The notes below the pieces were generated by a model that was not told the DNA's origin, searched no databases, and was given only the letters and a program-made list of their open reading frames with translations. The position numbers and the translations under genes were made by a program. Of a DNA stretch of 64,000 nucleotides, positions 47,211-60,510 are shown in pieces. The DNA is from Macrostomum lignano (taxonomy: Eukaryota). The stretch's first letter is position 1. Each line of letters opens with the position of its first letter. The stretch is taken from NCBI GenBank assembly GCA_002269645.1, contig NIVC01001161.1, positions 62,001 through 126,000 of the forward strand. Direction: 5' to 3'.

Positions 47211-50200
47211 ATGGCAACCAGTTCGGTTGCCAACAGTGGCGATGTTGCCAATGTCAATAAAAAATCGCCGGCAGCAAACGGCGGTCGCGGTGGCGGCAGC
47301 AGCGGCAGTGCATGCGGCTCGCTGAGCTCCCTGACTGGCGCCAGAAAAATTGACCTGTGCGCCTTCTGCGGCCAGTTTCACGAGCCCGGAGCCACCCACC
47401 TGTACGACTATAACCAGCAGGTCGACCAGGACCTGCTGTGCAAGGTAGGTTGAGCTTTGAACAGAATATTTCCCGCAATTTGATGTGGTAAATCAGTGAG
47501 GATTTTGGAATGTCAGTGTGAATGGCTTGTACTCGCAATCTAGTGCTTCTTTTCTGGGCGGCCAATAAGCAAGGGACAAAAATTATTTGTTAATCATCCA
47601 AGCCTTAACATCTAAACCATTTCTCCCGTAAGCCTTGATGTCTCTGCCAATCCCCTCCCGAGCCTTGGCATCTCAGCAATTCCCCCTGTAAGCCTTGACA
47701 TCTCAGCAATTCCCCCTGTAAGCCTTGGCATCTCAGCAATTCCCCCTGTAAGCCTTGGCATCTCAGCAATTCCCCCAGTAAGCCTTGACATCTCAGCAAT
47801 TCTCCCAGTAAGCCTTGACATCTCAGCAATTCCCCCAGTAAGCCTTGACATCTCAGCAATTCCCCAAGTAAGCCTTGAAATCTCAGCAATTCCCCCTGTA
47901 AGCCTTGACATCTCAGCAATTCCCCCAGTAAGCCTTGACATCTCAGCAATTCCCCTGTAAGCCTTGACATCTCAGCAATTCCTCCTGTAAGTCTCGACAT
48001 CTCAGAAATTCCCCCAGTAAGCCTTGACATCTCAGCAATTCCTCCTGTAAGTCTCGACATCTCAGCAATTCCCCCTGTAAGCCTTGACATCTCAGCAATT
48101 CCCCCTGTAAGCCTTGACATCTCAGCAATTCGTAAGCCTTGACATCTCAGCAATTCCCCCAGTAAGCCTTGAAATCTCAGCAATTCCTCCTGTAAGTCTC
48201 GACATACTAGAATGTCACTAAGAATATTACAATTTAGGCCTATTGTTGTATAGGAAAAGACATTGGCAATCGCTAGCCAAGACGATTTCTATTCAAACCG
48301 GCTATCCCATAAGAAAAAGTTTGGACTGTTGCCAAAATTGCTGGCGTAAGCATATAGTTAGCGTTGGCGCAGGGTTACTAAGACACGGACTATTACATTT
48401 ATATTGATTCAACATTCGCTCTATACTAATAAGGGCGACAGGGCGAACAGGGCATGGATAGCGTGGCTGCAGCTACGGTTGGTCTCTGCCATCTTGCGTG
48501 TTGTACATCAAGCATGTGCAGTCGAGATTCACCCATACCCCCCGGTCCTGCGCCCTGACCTACCAGTTAACTGGGCCGCGCATTCCCACCAAAGTACCAG
48601 TTGGGTGCGTGTCATGCTGCTGGGCAGAATTCTTCCTGCTTCTAATCCATCTTTGTTCCTTTAGTTCTGCTTCGATTCTTTCTTTACCTTTGCCTCTTCG
48701 GCTATAGCAGTTTGCCATGCATATTGGGATTGTGTCTGCGATTCTATCTAGGGTTCTATCTGGGATTCTATCTGGAATTATATCTTAGACTTTATCTGGG
48801 TTTCTATCTGGGATTCTGTCTGGGATTCTATCTGGATTCTGTCTGGGATTCTATCTCGATTCTGTCTGGGATTATATCTGGGATTATATCTAGGATTATA
48901 TCTTGGAATATATCTGGGATTCTATCTGGGATTATATCTGGGATTATATCTAGGATTATATCTTGGAATATATCTGGGATTCTATCTGGGATTATATCTA
49001 GGATTATATCTAGGATTATATCTTGAAATATATCTGGGATTCTATCTGGGATTATATCTGGGATTCTATCTGGAATTATATCTTAGACTTTATCTGGGTT
49101 TCTATCTGGGATTCTGTCTGGGATTCTATCTAGGATTATATCTTGGAATATATCTGGGATTGTATCTGGGATTCTATCTGGGAATCTATCTGGGATTCTT
49201 TCTGGGATTCTATCTGGGATTATATCTAAGATTATATCTTAGATTGTATCTGGGATTCTATCTGGGATTCTATCTGGGATTCTATCTGGGAATCTGTCTG
49301 GGATTCTATCTGGGATTCTATCTGGGAATCTATCTAGGATTGTATCTGGGATTCTGCCTGGGATTCTATCTAGGATTGTATCTTGGATTCTATCTGGGAT
49401 TCTGTCTGGGATTCTATCTGGGATTCTGTCTGGGATTCTATCTGGGATTGTATCTTGGATTCTATCTGGGATTCTGTCTGGAATTCTATCTGGGATTCTG
49501 TCTGGGATTCTATCTGGGATTGTATCTTGGATTATATCTGAGATTCTATCCGGGATTCTATATGGGATTATATCTTGGATTCTATCTCAGATTCTATCTG
49601 GGATTCTTTCTGAAATTCTATCTTGAACTCTATCTAGGGTTTTGTCTGGAATTCTGTTTGAGATTCTATCTGAGGTTCTATCTTGGATTCAGTTTGAGAT
49701 TCTATCTGAGGTTCTATCTTGGATTCAGTTTGAGATTCTATCTGAGGTTCTATCTTGGATTCAGTTTGAGATTCTATCTGGGGTTCTATCTTGGATTCTA
49801 TCTGATATCTTATCAGCAAGGATTCTATATGGGATTCAGTTTGGCATTTTATATTGGATTCTATTTGAGATTCTATCTTGGATTCTCTATGAAATTCTGT
49901 TTGAGATACAGTTTGGGATTCTATCTGAGGTTCTGTCTGGAATTCTGCCTGCATTCTATGCGGAATACTGGAATCCTATGTTAAAGCTTAATCTGATTTA
50001 CTGGTATGTAATGTATTTTTTAATAATCTAACTCGCAATATTCATATTTGTACTTTTATTGCATTTCAGCTGTGCCAGCAGCCTCTAGTAGAACCCTTGG
50101 ATACAAAATGCGGTCACACTTTCTGCACGCCATGTCTGAAAAGTCACCTGGCCAAGCAGGCCCTGTGCCCGATTGACAAAAGTATTATTAACTTCATGGA

Positions 50201-51698
50201 GTGCTCGCAAGCTTCTAGCTTGGTTAAGAAGTAAGTTGTATTACCTCTTGCCTTTTACTATCGATATTATTATTATTATCTTATACCAGATCTTATACCA
50301 AAGGGCGGCGCCCTTTGAAGAATATGAGGGGTAGAGAGGAGGGATGGCGGCGCCTTTGAAGAATCTGAAGAAGAGGGGTGGCGGCGTCCTTTTTGGAATC
50401 TGAGGAGGGGCGTGGTGGCGTCCTTTTTAGAATCTGAGGAGGGGGTGGTGGCGTCCTTTTTACAATCTGAGGAGGGGGGTGGTGGCGTCCTTTTTAGAAT
50501 CTGAGGAGGGGGGTGGTGGCGTCCTTTTTAGAATCTGAGGAGGGGTGGCGGCGTCCTTTTTAGAATCTGAGGAGGGGGGTGGTGGCGTCCTTTTTAGAAT
50601 CTGAGGAAAGGTGGCGGCGTCCTTTTTAGAATCTGAGGAGGGGGGTGGTGGCGTCCTTTTTAGAATCTGAGGAGGGGTGGTGGCGTCCTTTTTAGAATCT
50701 GAGGAGGAGGGGTGGTGGCGTCCTTTTTAGAATCTGAGGAGGGGGGGTGGTGGCGTCCTTTTTAGAATCTGAGGAGGAGGGGTGGCGGCGCCCTTTGAGG
50801 AATCTGAGGAGGGGTGGTGGCGTCCTTTTTAGAATCTGAGGAGGAGGGGTGGCGGCGCCCTTTTTAGAATCTGAGGAGGGGTGGTGGCGTCCTTTTTAGA
50901 ATCTGAGGAGGAGGGGTGGTGGCGTCCTTTTTAGAATCTGAGGAGGAGGGGTGGTGGCGTCCTTTTTAGAATCTGAGGAGGAGGGGTGGTGGCGTCCTTT
51001 TTAGAATCTGAGGAGGAGGGGTGGCGGCGCCCTTTTTAGAATCTGAGGAGGAGGGGTGGCGGCGCCCTTTGAGGAATCTGATGAATTCAGCACATTAGCG
51101 CTACTAATAATTTTCGCATGAATTTACTTAGTAAGTAGTGTATTTTGCATATCATTTGAGTAGAAATTCTGCCAGCCAATAGGAGTACAGCAGTTTTCAC
51201 AAGACGTTGCCCTCAATCCTCGGCTAGAGCTAGTTCTGTCTGAAGTATCTATATAGTAAGATGAAGCGGCAGTGCTTGGATCTAGAGCTTCACTCTGACT
51301 CACTTATAAGCTTAGTCTTTCGCGCACTAGTTACAGTGAAGCAGCAATGGTTTTCATGCCCGATATCGTAGTAAAAGAAGAAGATTCTTCTGTCGCTATT
51401 GCCGCATCAGAATCTGTTTCTGCAAATAAACAAGCGCCATTTCCGGATATTGGCCGGGAAATCCTGCTTAATCCTGCTAGGTCTGTCCAAATATCATTTA
51501 TTGTTCCGTCTGTGTTTTTATAATCTACCAGAAATATTACATTTTTTCGTTGCCAGGCTGCTAGACAAGCTTCTAGTTGTGTGCCCCAACGTGGACTACT
51601 GCGAAGAGGTCCTACAGCGGGCCAATCTCGAGGCGCACCTGACGCACAGGTGAGCGGGTGAAAGTCAATGTTATTTTAGCAATTAATTTTTGCTGCTA

Positions 51699-51729
<31 letters not shown>

Positions 51730-51766
51730 ACTACTACTGCTACTACTATTACTGCTACTGCTGCTG

Positions 51767-51804
<38 letters not shown>

Positions 51805-54005
51805 GCACTACCACCTTAACTCCCAGGTGTCGCGGCGCTGTCACCCGCTGCCCGAAAGCCTCGGCTGGCTGCTCATTTCAAGGCCCGAAAACTGCCCTGC
51901 AGAACCATCTGCTGGAGTGCCAGTTCCGCTCGGACGATGACTTGCCGCCAGCTGAGCCCGACTATAACGGTAATTGGTGTTCGTGCACGGGACTGAGACT
52001 GACACCTGTGAGATTTTAAAGTAACATGAGTGAGATTGTGAGAGTAACATGGGTGTGACTGAGAGTAGCAGGGGTGAGACTGAGAGTAACATGGGTGTGA
52101 CTGTGAGAGTAATATGGGTGAGATTGTAGGAGGCAGTTGTGAGAACAGACTATTAGACTCAGATCTGAGCCTGATATCCATAGAAACAAGCATCGCTGCA
52201 ATCCTTCCCTAGCCGACTGGCCACCCAAGGAGCCAATCATCAGCGGCCTTGTAAGCACCATCGAGATCCAACGAGGCTGTCTGGACCTCGGCGTCAGCTT
52301 TGTTGGCGGCTGCGACACGCCTTTGGTGAGTTCCGCGAGGCTGTCCCCATGGTCCTCTCTGTATGCCGCTGCTGTCTCCATGGTCCTCTCTGTATGCCGC
52401 TGCTGTCCCCATGGTCCTCTCTGTATGCCGCTGCTGTCTCCATGGTCCTCTCTGTATGCCGCTGCTGTCCCCATGGTCCTCTCTGTAGGCCGCTGCTGTC
52501 CCCATGGTCCTCTCTGTATGCCGCTGCTGTCCCCATGGTCCTCTCTGTATGCCGCTGCTGTCCCCATGGTCCTCTCTGTAGGCCTCTGCTGTCCCCATGA
52601 TCCTCTCTGTAGGCCGCTGCTGCCCTCGCCATGGTCCTCTCTGTAGGCCTCTGCTGTCCCCATGAGGCCTCTGCTGTCCCCATGGTCCTCTCTGTAGGCC
52701 TCTGCTGTCCCCATGGTCCTCTCTGTAGGCCTCTGCTGTCCCCATGGTCCTCTCTGTAGGCCTCTGCTGTCCCCATGAGGCCTCTGCTGTCCCCATGGTC
52801 CTCTCTGTAGGCCGCCGCTGTCCCCATGGTCCTCTCTGTATGCCGCTGCTGTCCCCATGGTCCTCTCTGTATGCCGCTGCTGTCCCCATGGTCCTCTCTG
52901 TAGGCCGCTGCTGTCCCCATGGTCCTCTCTGTAGGCCTCTGCTGTCCCCATGATCCTCTCTGTAGGCCGCTGCTGCCCTCGCCATGGTCCTCTCTGTAGG
53001 CCGCCGCTGTCCCCATGGTCCTCTCTGTAGGCCTCTGCTGTCCCCATGGTCCTCTCTGTAGGCCTCTGCTGTCCCCATGAGGCCTCTGCTGTCCCCATGG
53101 TCCTCTCTGTAGGCCGCCGCTGTCCCCATGGTCCTCTCTGTAGGCCTCTGCTGTCCCCATGGTCCTCTCTGTAGGCCTCTGCTGTCCCCATGAGGCCTCT
53201 GCTGTCCCCATGGTCCTCTCTGTAGGCCGCCGCTGTCCCCATGGTCCTCTCTGTAGGCCTCTGCTGTCCCCATGGTCCTCTCTGTAGGCCGCCGCTGTCC
53301 CCATGGTCCTCTCTGTAGGCCTCTGCTGTCCCCATGGTCCTCTCTGTAGGCCGCCGCTGTCTCCATGGTCCTCTCTGTAGGCCGCCGCTGTCCCCATGGT
53401 CCTCTCTGTAGGCCTCCGCTGTCTCCATGGTCCTCTCTGTGCCGTCTGTAGGCCGTTGGCAATCCGTAATCATGCCATTGCTTTAGCTGGTATAAGTCCG
53501 GATGCTTTCAACACACCAGACAGGCAAACCCGCATCTGTCAGATCTGCTTCAGAGCCAAGGTGAAGCAGAGAATGCCTTAGAAGTTTGTTTGTATTGCCA
53601 TGCATGCATCTTTTAGACCACGTGTGACAGCTTTGCCAATCCGCCAGTTTCGTCGCGGTTTTCAGTCCATCCCCCACCCGCCCCGGGTCTGCCTATAAGC
53701 TGTGACGTAACCAATCCTTTTCTCTCTCGACCGTTCTGCGGTATTAGAGGGCTTCATTATAGTTAGCCGCGATGACTCACGCATCCCATCGGGGCCCCGA
53801 CCTCATTCTCCTGCCCTGCTCTGCTCCCCAAATCCCAGTTCTCGCTTCGTTTCATTTCCCTTTGCCTCCCCCCCATTGCCGCCTCTGTCCTGCGCTGCTG
53901 GTCTCTTGCTGAGTCAAATTTACTGAGGTATCCACTCCCTTAGGACACTTTTGCTTGATTGGGGCTTCCTTTGGGACTGTCTGTCTGTCTGTCTGTCTGT
54001 CTGTG

Positions 54006-54048
<43 letters not shown>

Positions 54049-54083
54049 GTGTCTGTCTGTCTGTCTTAGTGTCTGCCTGCCTT

Positions 54084-54114
<31 letters not shown>

Positions 54115-57100
54115 GTATGTCTGTCTGTCTGTCTGTCTGGCTGTCTGGCTGTCTGTCTGTATGTATGTCTATTACTGGAGTACGAAGTAACGTGTCTTCA
54201 GTAGTTTGACTTCTTTGGTAGTTTAAACTGTTTGGTAGTTAAAAATATACAAAGAGTTGATCGAGCAGCATTCCTGGTATTAAATGTATAAATTCAATTT
54301 CTAAAAGTAACCATCGATTCACATGTTTTTTAAGTTAACTAACTGCCATTGCGCTCATTAGTGCTAAGCTTCTCATAACTGAATTATGCCGTGGGAAGTT
54401 TCTGACTCTTATGCCAGCCTAAGTTCCCCTCTGCAGTCCCACTCTACCTTATTTATAAGTACACGGTGAACTGTTTACAAATCTTTACAGAGCTGCATCG
54501 TCATACAGGAGATCTATATCGACGGTCTAGTTGCTAAGGACGGCAGGTTGCGACCTGGCGATCAAATTTTAGAGGCAAGCGTTTGTGATTTTTTATTTCA
54601 AGTGCTCCAATTATGCTACTTAATTGTAAATTAGTAGTCAGTAGTATAAAGATTTGATATAATTGAACAAACTGCAGGTGAACGGCGTAGATCTCACCCA
54701 GGCAACGCACTGCCAGGCTAAGCGGGCCCTGTCCCAGCTGACTCCATTCTGCCGGCTGTCTGTCTACAGAGAGCTTGGCGCTGTGCCCAGCGATCAAGAC
54801 GAGGACGATGATGATGAAGCCTGCTGGGCCCAGCAGCAGCAACAGCAGCAGTTGCAACTTCGCCAGCTGCACCAGCAACGCCAGGAGCAGCAGGAGCATC
54901 AGACTGTACTATTAACGGTGTCACTGTTTAAACGCGCCGGCAAACGATTAGGCATTAAATTGGTTGGAAAGAAGTGAGCTATCAACACCACTGTTACTAT
55001 TTTTTATTCAATAGTGTGTTAAAGGGTAGCGGTTATTTTCTGCTAAGAAGGCCTATGAAGAAGTGAGTGGCGTGGGGTGGGGTGTCAGGTCAGGTATATC
55101 AGGAATGTTTAGAAAAAATAGGGAGTGAGGTGGGTGTCGGAGGGCAGGAATGTTTGGAATAGGGAGTGAGGTGGGTGTCGGGGGGCAGGAATGTTTGGAA
55201 GAAATAGGGAGTGAGGTGGGTGTCGGAGGGGCAGGGATGTTTGGAAGAAATAGGGAGTGAGGTGGGTGTCGGAGGGCAGGAATGTTTGGAAGAAATAGGG
55301 AGTGAGGTGGGTGTCGGGGGGGCAGGAATGTTTGGAAGAAATAGGGAGTGAGGTGGGTGTCGGGGGGCAGGAATGTTTGGAAGAAATAGGGAGTGAGGTG
55401 GGTGTCAGCTGGGGCAAGCATGTAACGAAGGAACATGGAGTGCGAAATGTACACTCATTTTGTGGTAGACAATGTACATATTCGTACGTAGTCAATAAAA
55501 AGTTGAAAGCAAACGCGACTGACTACTGAAAGTAGCTTAGTAGCCCTTGTTTGTGTAGTGTTTTTTATCTTTTGAGAGGATAGCAATAGCATAAGCACAT
55601 AATCCTGCCATCCAGAACATGCCCGGGCCTGTTTATCCTCGGCCTCGTGCCCGGCGGTCTGGCCGAAATGGACGGTCGACTTCGACGCGACGATCGAATT
55701 CTAGAGATCAACGGCTTCGATATTGGCGATGGCACTCAGGCTCAAGCGGCCTCTATTATTCAGGCGAGTGTTAGCTTGCCTTTTCTAATTATTTGCTGTT
55801 TTAGTGTATATTAAAAGTAACAAATCAATTTTCGGGTGTAATGTAGCTATGTACTTCTGGGTGTACTTAAAATATATGTACTTTTAGTATACCTCAAATG
55901 TGTACTTTAGTGTGTGGCTTTTATTAACTTTTTCATTATGCTCGAGATTTTGTGATGTAATTTATGATGTACTTTAATAATTATCTTTTGGGTGTACGTG
56001 CGTAATACTGATGTACTTTAATTAAATGTACTTTTATTAATGCCCTTTTTTAAAACTTCCAGTCGGCCAAAAAGGAGGTGGCATTTCTAGTGGCCCGTCG
56101 GGTAGTCAGCGGCTCGACCCCGCCAATGCAGCCAATCAATGCCATGTCGGCCTACGTTGTCAACTCATCGAATAGCGGACTGGATGACGAGGAAGCTGCA
56201 GTGGGGAAAGACGCCGAAGCAGCGGCGGCGGCGGCGGCAACAGACAACGACGAGGAAGAAGACGAAGTTGCGGCCTACGCAGAATCAGCGCCCAGCAAGG
56301 AGCCGCCCAAAGCCAAAGCTGAAGTAGACGAGATTGGAGAGGCGACAGATGAAGAAGAGGCTGGCAAGGAAGATGACGGAGAAGCCGAGGAGGCTGGGCG
56401 AGATACGCCGGAGGGAGAATCGGAAGAATTAATTAGAGAAGCCAGAGAGGAAGAGGAGGAGGCGGAGCAGCAGGACCAAGTCGACTCCAACGATGGAGAT
56501 GATACTGGTGGTCACGTTGCTGAAGAGGATGCTGGAGACGACAGTCCCCCACCGACGCCGCCGCCTCATCAGCAGCAGCAGCAGCAGCTGCACCATCTGG
56601 AGCACCACCCGGCTCCTTACCTGTTCGCCGCAGAGACGCTCGTAGATCGCTGCGTCGTGCTGGAGAAGTCGCCAGGCGAATCTCTCGGCATGTCGGTGGC
56701 GGGTGGCGTCGGATCCCAGCGCGGCGACATCCCTGTGTACGTCACGAACCTGCCGCCGGAGGGCCTAGCGGCCAGGTCGCGGCAGATTCGCAAAGGCGAC
56801 ATTGTGCTGGGAGTCAACGAGGCCAGCTTGTTAGGATTGCAGCACGAGGAGGCTGTTAGCGTATTGAAGTCTCAGCCAGCCGGTCAGGTCCGCATTCAAC
56901 TGCTGCAGGTAAAAATTCGACTGTTTCGTGCCTGCCGGTCTCCCGTAGCATTTAAGAAATCCTCTTCAGTTCGAAGTTCCGAAGTTCAGAGAACAAAAAA
57001 GTGGCCCAAAATCCTGATCTATACTACTACTTACTAAGTAGCTTGAAGTTATACAATTGGGTTGTAAGAAATGTTTCAAGCGTTTTTTTTAAACTTCCAG

Positions 57101-58341
57101 AACTTTCCTTAGGCCTTAGAGATATTTCTGAGGATGCTCTATGTGGGTATATAAGAGTTACCAGTGTTTTTATTATAGTTTCACATTGGTTTTATCGTAT
57201 GAAGGCTGAATTTAAGAGATTGTGAAGTTTCGAGTTTGTAAAGCGCCCCACCGCAGAAATCTATTCCCATTCCTGTCCATTTTATGTTCTGCCTAACACA
57301 GCCTAACCCCCCCCCCACTTAGTTTTATTATTTCCGAAACCTCGCTGGGGGATGATTGGCACAGATGTACATTGGTGCCGCGCCCCGATCTAATTTTGGG
57401 AGAGGGGTGGGTGGTTAGCCGCGTGCGCGAATTCTTCAGGCCGCTAGCCGGCCCAGCCTAACCGCCGCTGTTTTTTTACCCAACCTAACGGCCGACGGCT
57501 AGCCTTGAAATCCAACTAGTCAAAAATTCCCGGCTTAGTTGGTGGATCCACCGTGGACCCACGCTCGGCTAGCCGTACTGGCTGTGGGGTTTGTTCAGTT
57601 CAAGCATTTAGGTTGCTCCTTGGCCAATGTACAGTGTAGGATGTACATTCACAATACAAGCTAAACCGTTTTATGACCCTTCGCTCGGGCTGAGAGAGGG
57701 CGGCGCAGTTGCAGATAGAATCAATGCAAAGTTCACAGCGAACGTAAAGATTTCTTTGGAGCAGTAATGGGCCCAATTAATTCAGATTCATTTGGACAAA
57801 TTAGTGCATAAAAAAATTTGACTTGGAAGTGGGTTAAACGTTCGAAAAACGATGCTTTATAAATGCTTTCAACGGGCGCTCCGTTGGAATTTTGAATTTG
57901 AATGCCCACCATGGGGGCCTAGTGCGCTACTAACCCCGTCTTACCCGTGCCAACTTCGTCTTTTTTCAGGGTCCCGAGTCCAGTTCAGGCGGTGGCAACT
58001 TCATGCCCTCCTGGGTCTATTGGCTGGCCCTGCCGCCATTCTGCTACCTGGAGAAGGCTGTTAGACTTTGCCGAGATCCGCGCACAAGTTCGCTCGGCTT
58101 CTCCATTGTTGGCGGCTGCGACAGCGCCAACGGGCCGCAGCCCATCATTGTGAAGAGCATCGTGCACGGCGGCCCGGCCCATGCTCACGGTCAGCTCAGA
58201 TGCGGCGACCTTATTATACGGGTCAACGGTGCATACGGTTTATCCGGCGTTACTCACAGCGAAGCTGTCTCACTGCTCAAACAGTTACCATCGGAGATAA
58301 TTGTGCTGTCTGTCGTGTCTTGGCCAGGCACTATTGTGTAA
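47211..58341 (+). CDS. LNX: Ligand of Numb X (LNX1/2-like) RING + 4 PDZ E3 ubiquitin ligase; exons 47211 (exon starts 47070)-47444, 50070-50230, 51557-51649, 51827-51969, 52213-52325, 54491-54574, 54678-54973, 55616-55763, 56063-56908, 57970-58341
   Basis: [21 protein letters not shown]|[30 protein letters not shown]; [12 protein letters not shown] zinc finger; four PDZ ([31 protein letters not shown]); ends VVSWPGTIV like LNX1/2; all splice phases consistent. Confidence 0.92.
47532..48200 (-). mobile_element. Second copy of the Helitron-like terminus with 30-bp array TAAGCCTTGACATCTCAGCAATTCCCCCTG (LNX intron)
   Basis: ACTCGCAATCTAGTGC..GGCCAATAAGCAAGGGAC aligns to 10272-10318; array 47600-48200. 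Confidence 0.55.
48720..49970. repeat. 12-bp minisatellite ATCTGGGATTCT (degenerate)
   Basis: LGFY periodicity; LNX intron. Confidence 0.92.
50340..51080. repeat. About 33-bp G-rich minisatellite GGTGGCGTCCTTTTTAGAATCTGAGGAGGAGG
   Basis: LNX intron. Confidence 0.93.
51695..51810. repeat. (CTA)n microsatellite
   Basis: LNX intron 51650-51826. Confidence 0.9.
52340..53450. repeat. 31-bp minisatellite CCCATGGTCCTCTCTGTAGGCCTCTGCTGTC
   Basis: 31-aa translation period; LNX intron. Confidence 0.95.
53975..54170. repeat. (GTCT)n microsatellite
   Basis: Direct. Confidence 0.93.
55060..55410. repeat. 45-bp minisatellite GGAATGTTTGGAAGAAATAGGGAGTGAGGTGGGTGTCGGGGGGCA
   Basis: 15-aa periodicity; LNX intron. 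Confidence 0.93.
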
Positions 58342-58429
58342 AATATTTTATAGGGGCCGATTCTCAGCTGTTGTTTCTACTCATGCTGTCATCGAAGATG
58401 AGTTTGATAGTCCTTTGGCTCTTTATATG

Positions 58430-58810
58430 GTCAGTGCTGACAGTGTGTGTCAGGAATGGGTCAGTACTGGCATTGTGTGTCAGGAATGGGTCAGTACTGA
58501 CAGTGTGTGTCAGGAATGGGTCAGTACTGACAGTGTGTGTCAGGAATGGGTCAGTACTGGCATTGTGTGTCAGGAATGGGTCAGTACTGACAGTGTGTGT
58601 CAGGAATGGGTCAGTGCTGACAGTGTGTGTCAGGAATGGGTCAGTGCTGACAGTGTGTGTCAGGAATGGGTCAGTACTGACGATCTGGGTCACCGTCAGT
58701 ACTGACGATCTGGGTCAGGAATGGGTCAGTGCTGACAGTGTGTGTCAGGAATGGGTCAGTACTGACAATCTGGGTCAGGAATGGGTCAGTGCTCACAGTG
58801 TGTGTCAGGA
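58430..58810. repeat. 30-bp minisatellite GTGTGTCAGGAATGGGTCAGTACTGACAGT just downstream of the LNX stop
   Basis: 10-aa periodicity. Confidence 0.93.
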
Positions 58811-59579
58811 ATTTGACGTGTGAGTTTCAGTACTCAAGGATCCCTATTTTCGATCCCTTTTTGCTTTTATTAATAACATTTTGTGCTCTGTTTATTATTG
58901 ATCTTCATTAAACCCAGGCACTCATTTCGCGGCATTCATCAGTTTCATAAAGTAAAAATTCGTATCAGCTGCAATTTGTTAATGTAATACTACATAAAAT
59001 ATAAATAACTTTTCGAATATTTTAATTCCAGTTTAACTGTCATCATTAATTGCTGGATTTTTCAACACCCACAGATATAAAATGTATACTACTGCACAGG
59101 CACACTTTTATTGCACTACTTACAAAGCTTTCTCAGCAAGTAGTATGAGCAAACATTTTTTCAATTTTACTTTTCTGCCTGAGAAGTTTTTTCTATTCAT
59201 AAGCGCTTGCTCGTGTGTGTACTCGGATCATGTCTCCATAACTATATTATAATTATTTTGCCTCATCGAATCCCAGTGTGTTCCCAGCATTCTTCCATTT
59301 TTCAACAATGTACGTCCATTGTCCATGTGAAACACAGACAGACCTCGCTTCTTTCACACCGCGTGTGTTTTCTGTCAGGTCACTTTGTGACGTGACTGCT
59401 TTGTGTGTTGCTATATGCTTGGTAACTCGATTTTTATAAGCTGACAGTGAGCCGGGATCCTGATTACCTCCATTGCTTCAGGTAGCTGGTTTGATTGCGG
59501 CTCTGATAGTGCCGCCTTGCACCGGGGTGCTCTTTATTGACTGGAATTTTATTTACTAGGATTCCTGGCTGCCTCTATG

Positions 59580-60510
59580 CATCTCTCCCTCCCCTCCTCT
59601 CCCCTCCCCTCCTCACCCCTCCCCTCCTCTCCCCTCCTCTCCTCTCCCCTCCCCTCCTCTCCCCTCCCCTCCTCTCCCCTCCTCTCCTCTCCCCTCCCTC
59701 CTCTCCCCTCCTCTCCTCTCCCCTCCTCTCCTCACCCCTCCCCTCCTCTCCCCTCCTCTCCTCTCCCTCCCCTCCTCACCCCTCCCCTCCTCTCCCCTCC
59801 TCTCCTCTCCCCTCCCCTCCTCTCCCCTCCTCTCCTCTCCCCTCCTCTCCTCACCCCTCTCCTCCCCTCTTCTCCTCTCCCCTCTCCTCTCCTCTCCTCC
59901 CCTCCTCTCCTCTCCTCTTCCCTCTCCTCCTCTCCTCCCCTCCTCTCCTCTCCCCTCCTCTCCTCCCCTGCTCTCCTCTCCTCTTCCCTCTCCTCCTCTC
60001 CTCCCCTCCTCTCCCCTCCTCTCCTCTCCCCTCCTCTCCTCACCCCTCTCCTCCCCTCTTCTCCTCTCCCTCTCCTCTCCTCTCCTCCCCTCCCCTCCTC
60101 TCCTCTCCCTCTCCTCCTCTCCTCTCCCCTCCCCTCCTCTCCCCTCCTCTCCTCCCCTGCTCTCCTCTCCTCTTCCCTCTCCTCCTCTCCTCCCCTCCTC
60201 TCCTCTCCCCTCCCCTCCTCTCCTCTCCCCTCCCCTCCTCTCCTCTCCCCTCTCCTCCTCTCCTCTCCCCTCCCCTCCTCTCCCCTCCTCTCCTCCCCTC
60301 CTCTCCTCTCCTCTTCCCTCTCCTCCTCTCCTCCCCTCCTCTCCTCTCCCCTCCCCTCCTCTCCTCTCCCCTCTCTCCTCTCCCCTCCTCTCCTCCCTCC
60401 TCTCCTCTCCTCTTCCCTCCCCTCCTCTCCTCCCCTCCTCTCCTCCCCTCCTCTCCCCTCCTCTCCTCCCCTCCTCTCCTCTCCTCTTCCCTCTCCTCCT
60501 CTCCTCCCCC
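59580..60510. repeat. Polypyrimidine (CTCCT/CCCCT) tract
   Basis: Almost purely C/T over about 930 bp. Confidence 0.95.

Noticed and set aside
52209-52330. Minus-strand protein-like stretch ([18 protein letters not shown])
   Set aside because: It is the antisense of the LNX PDZ1 exon 52213-52325
16705-58341. Skp1 and LNX as a functional ubiquitin gene cluster
   Set aside because: They are 30 kb apart with unrelated genes between them, and there is no evidence of co-regulation
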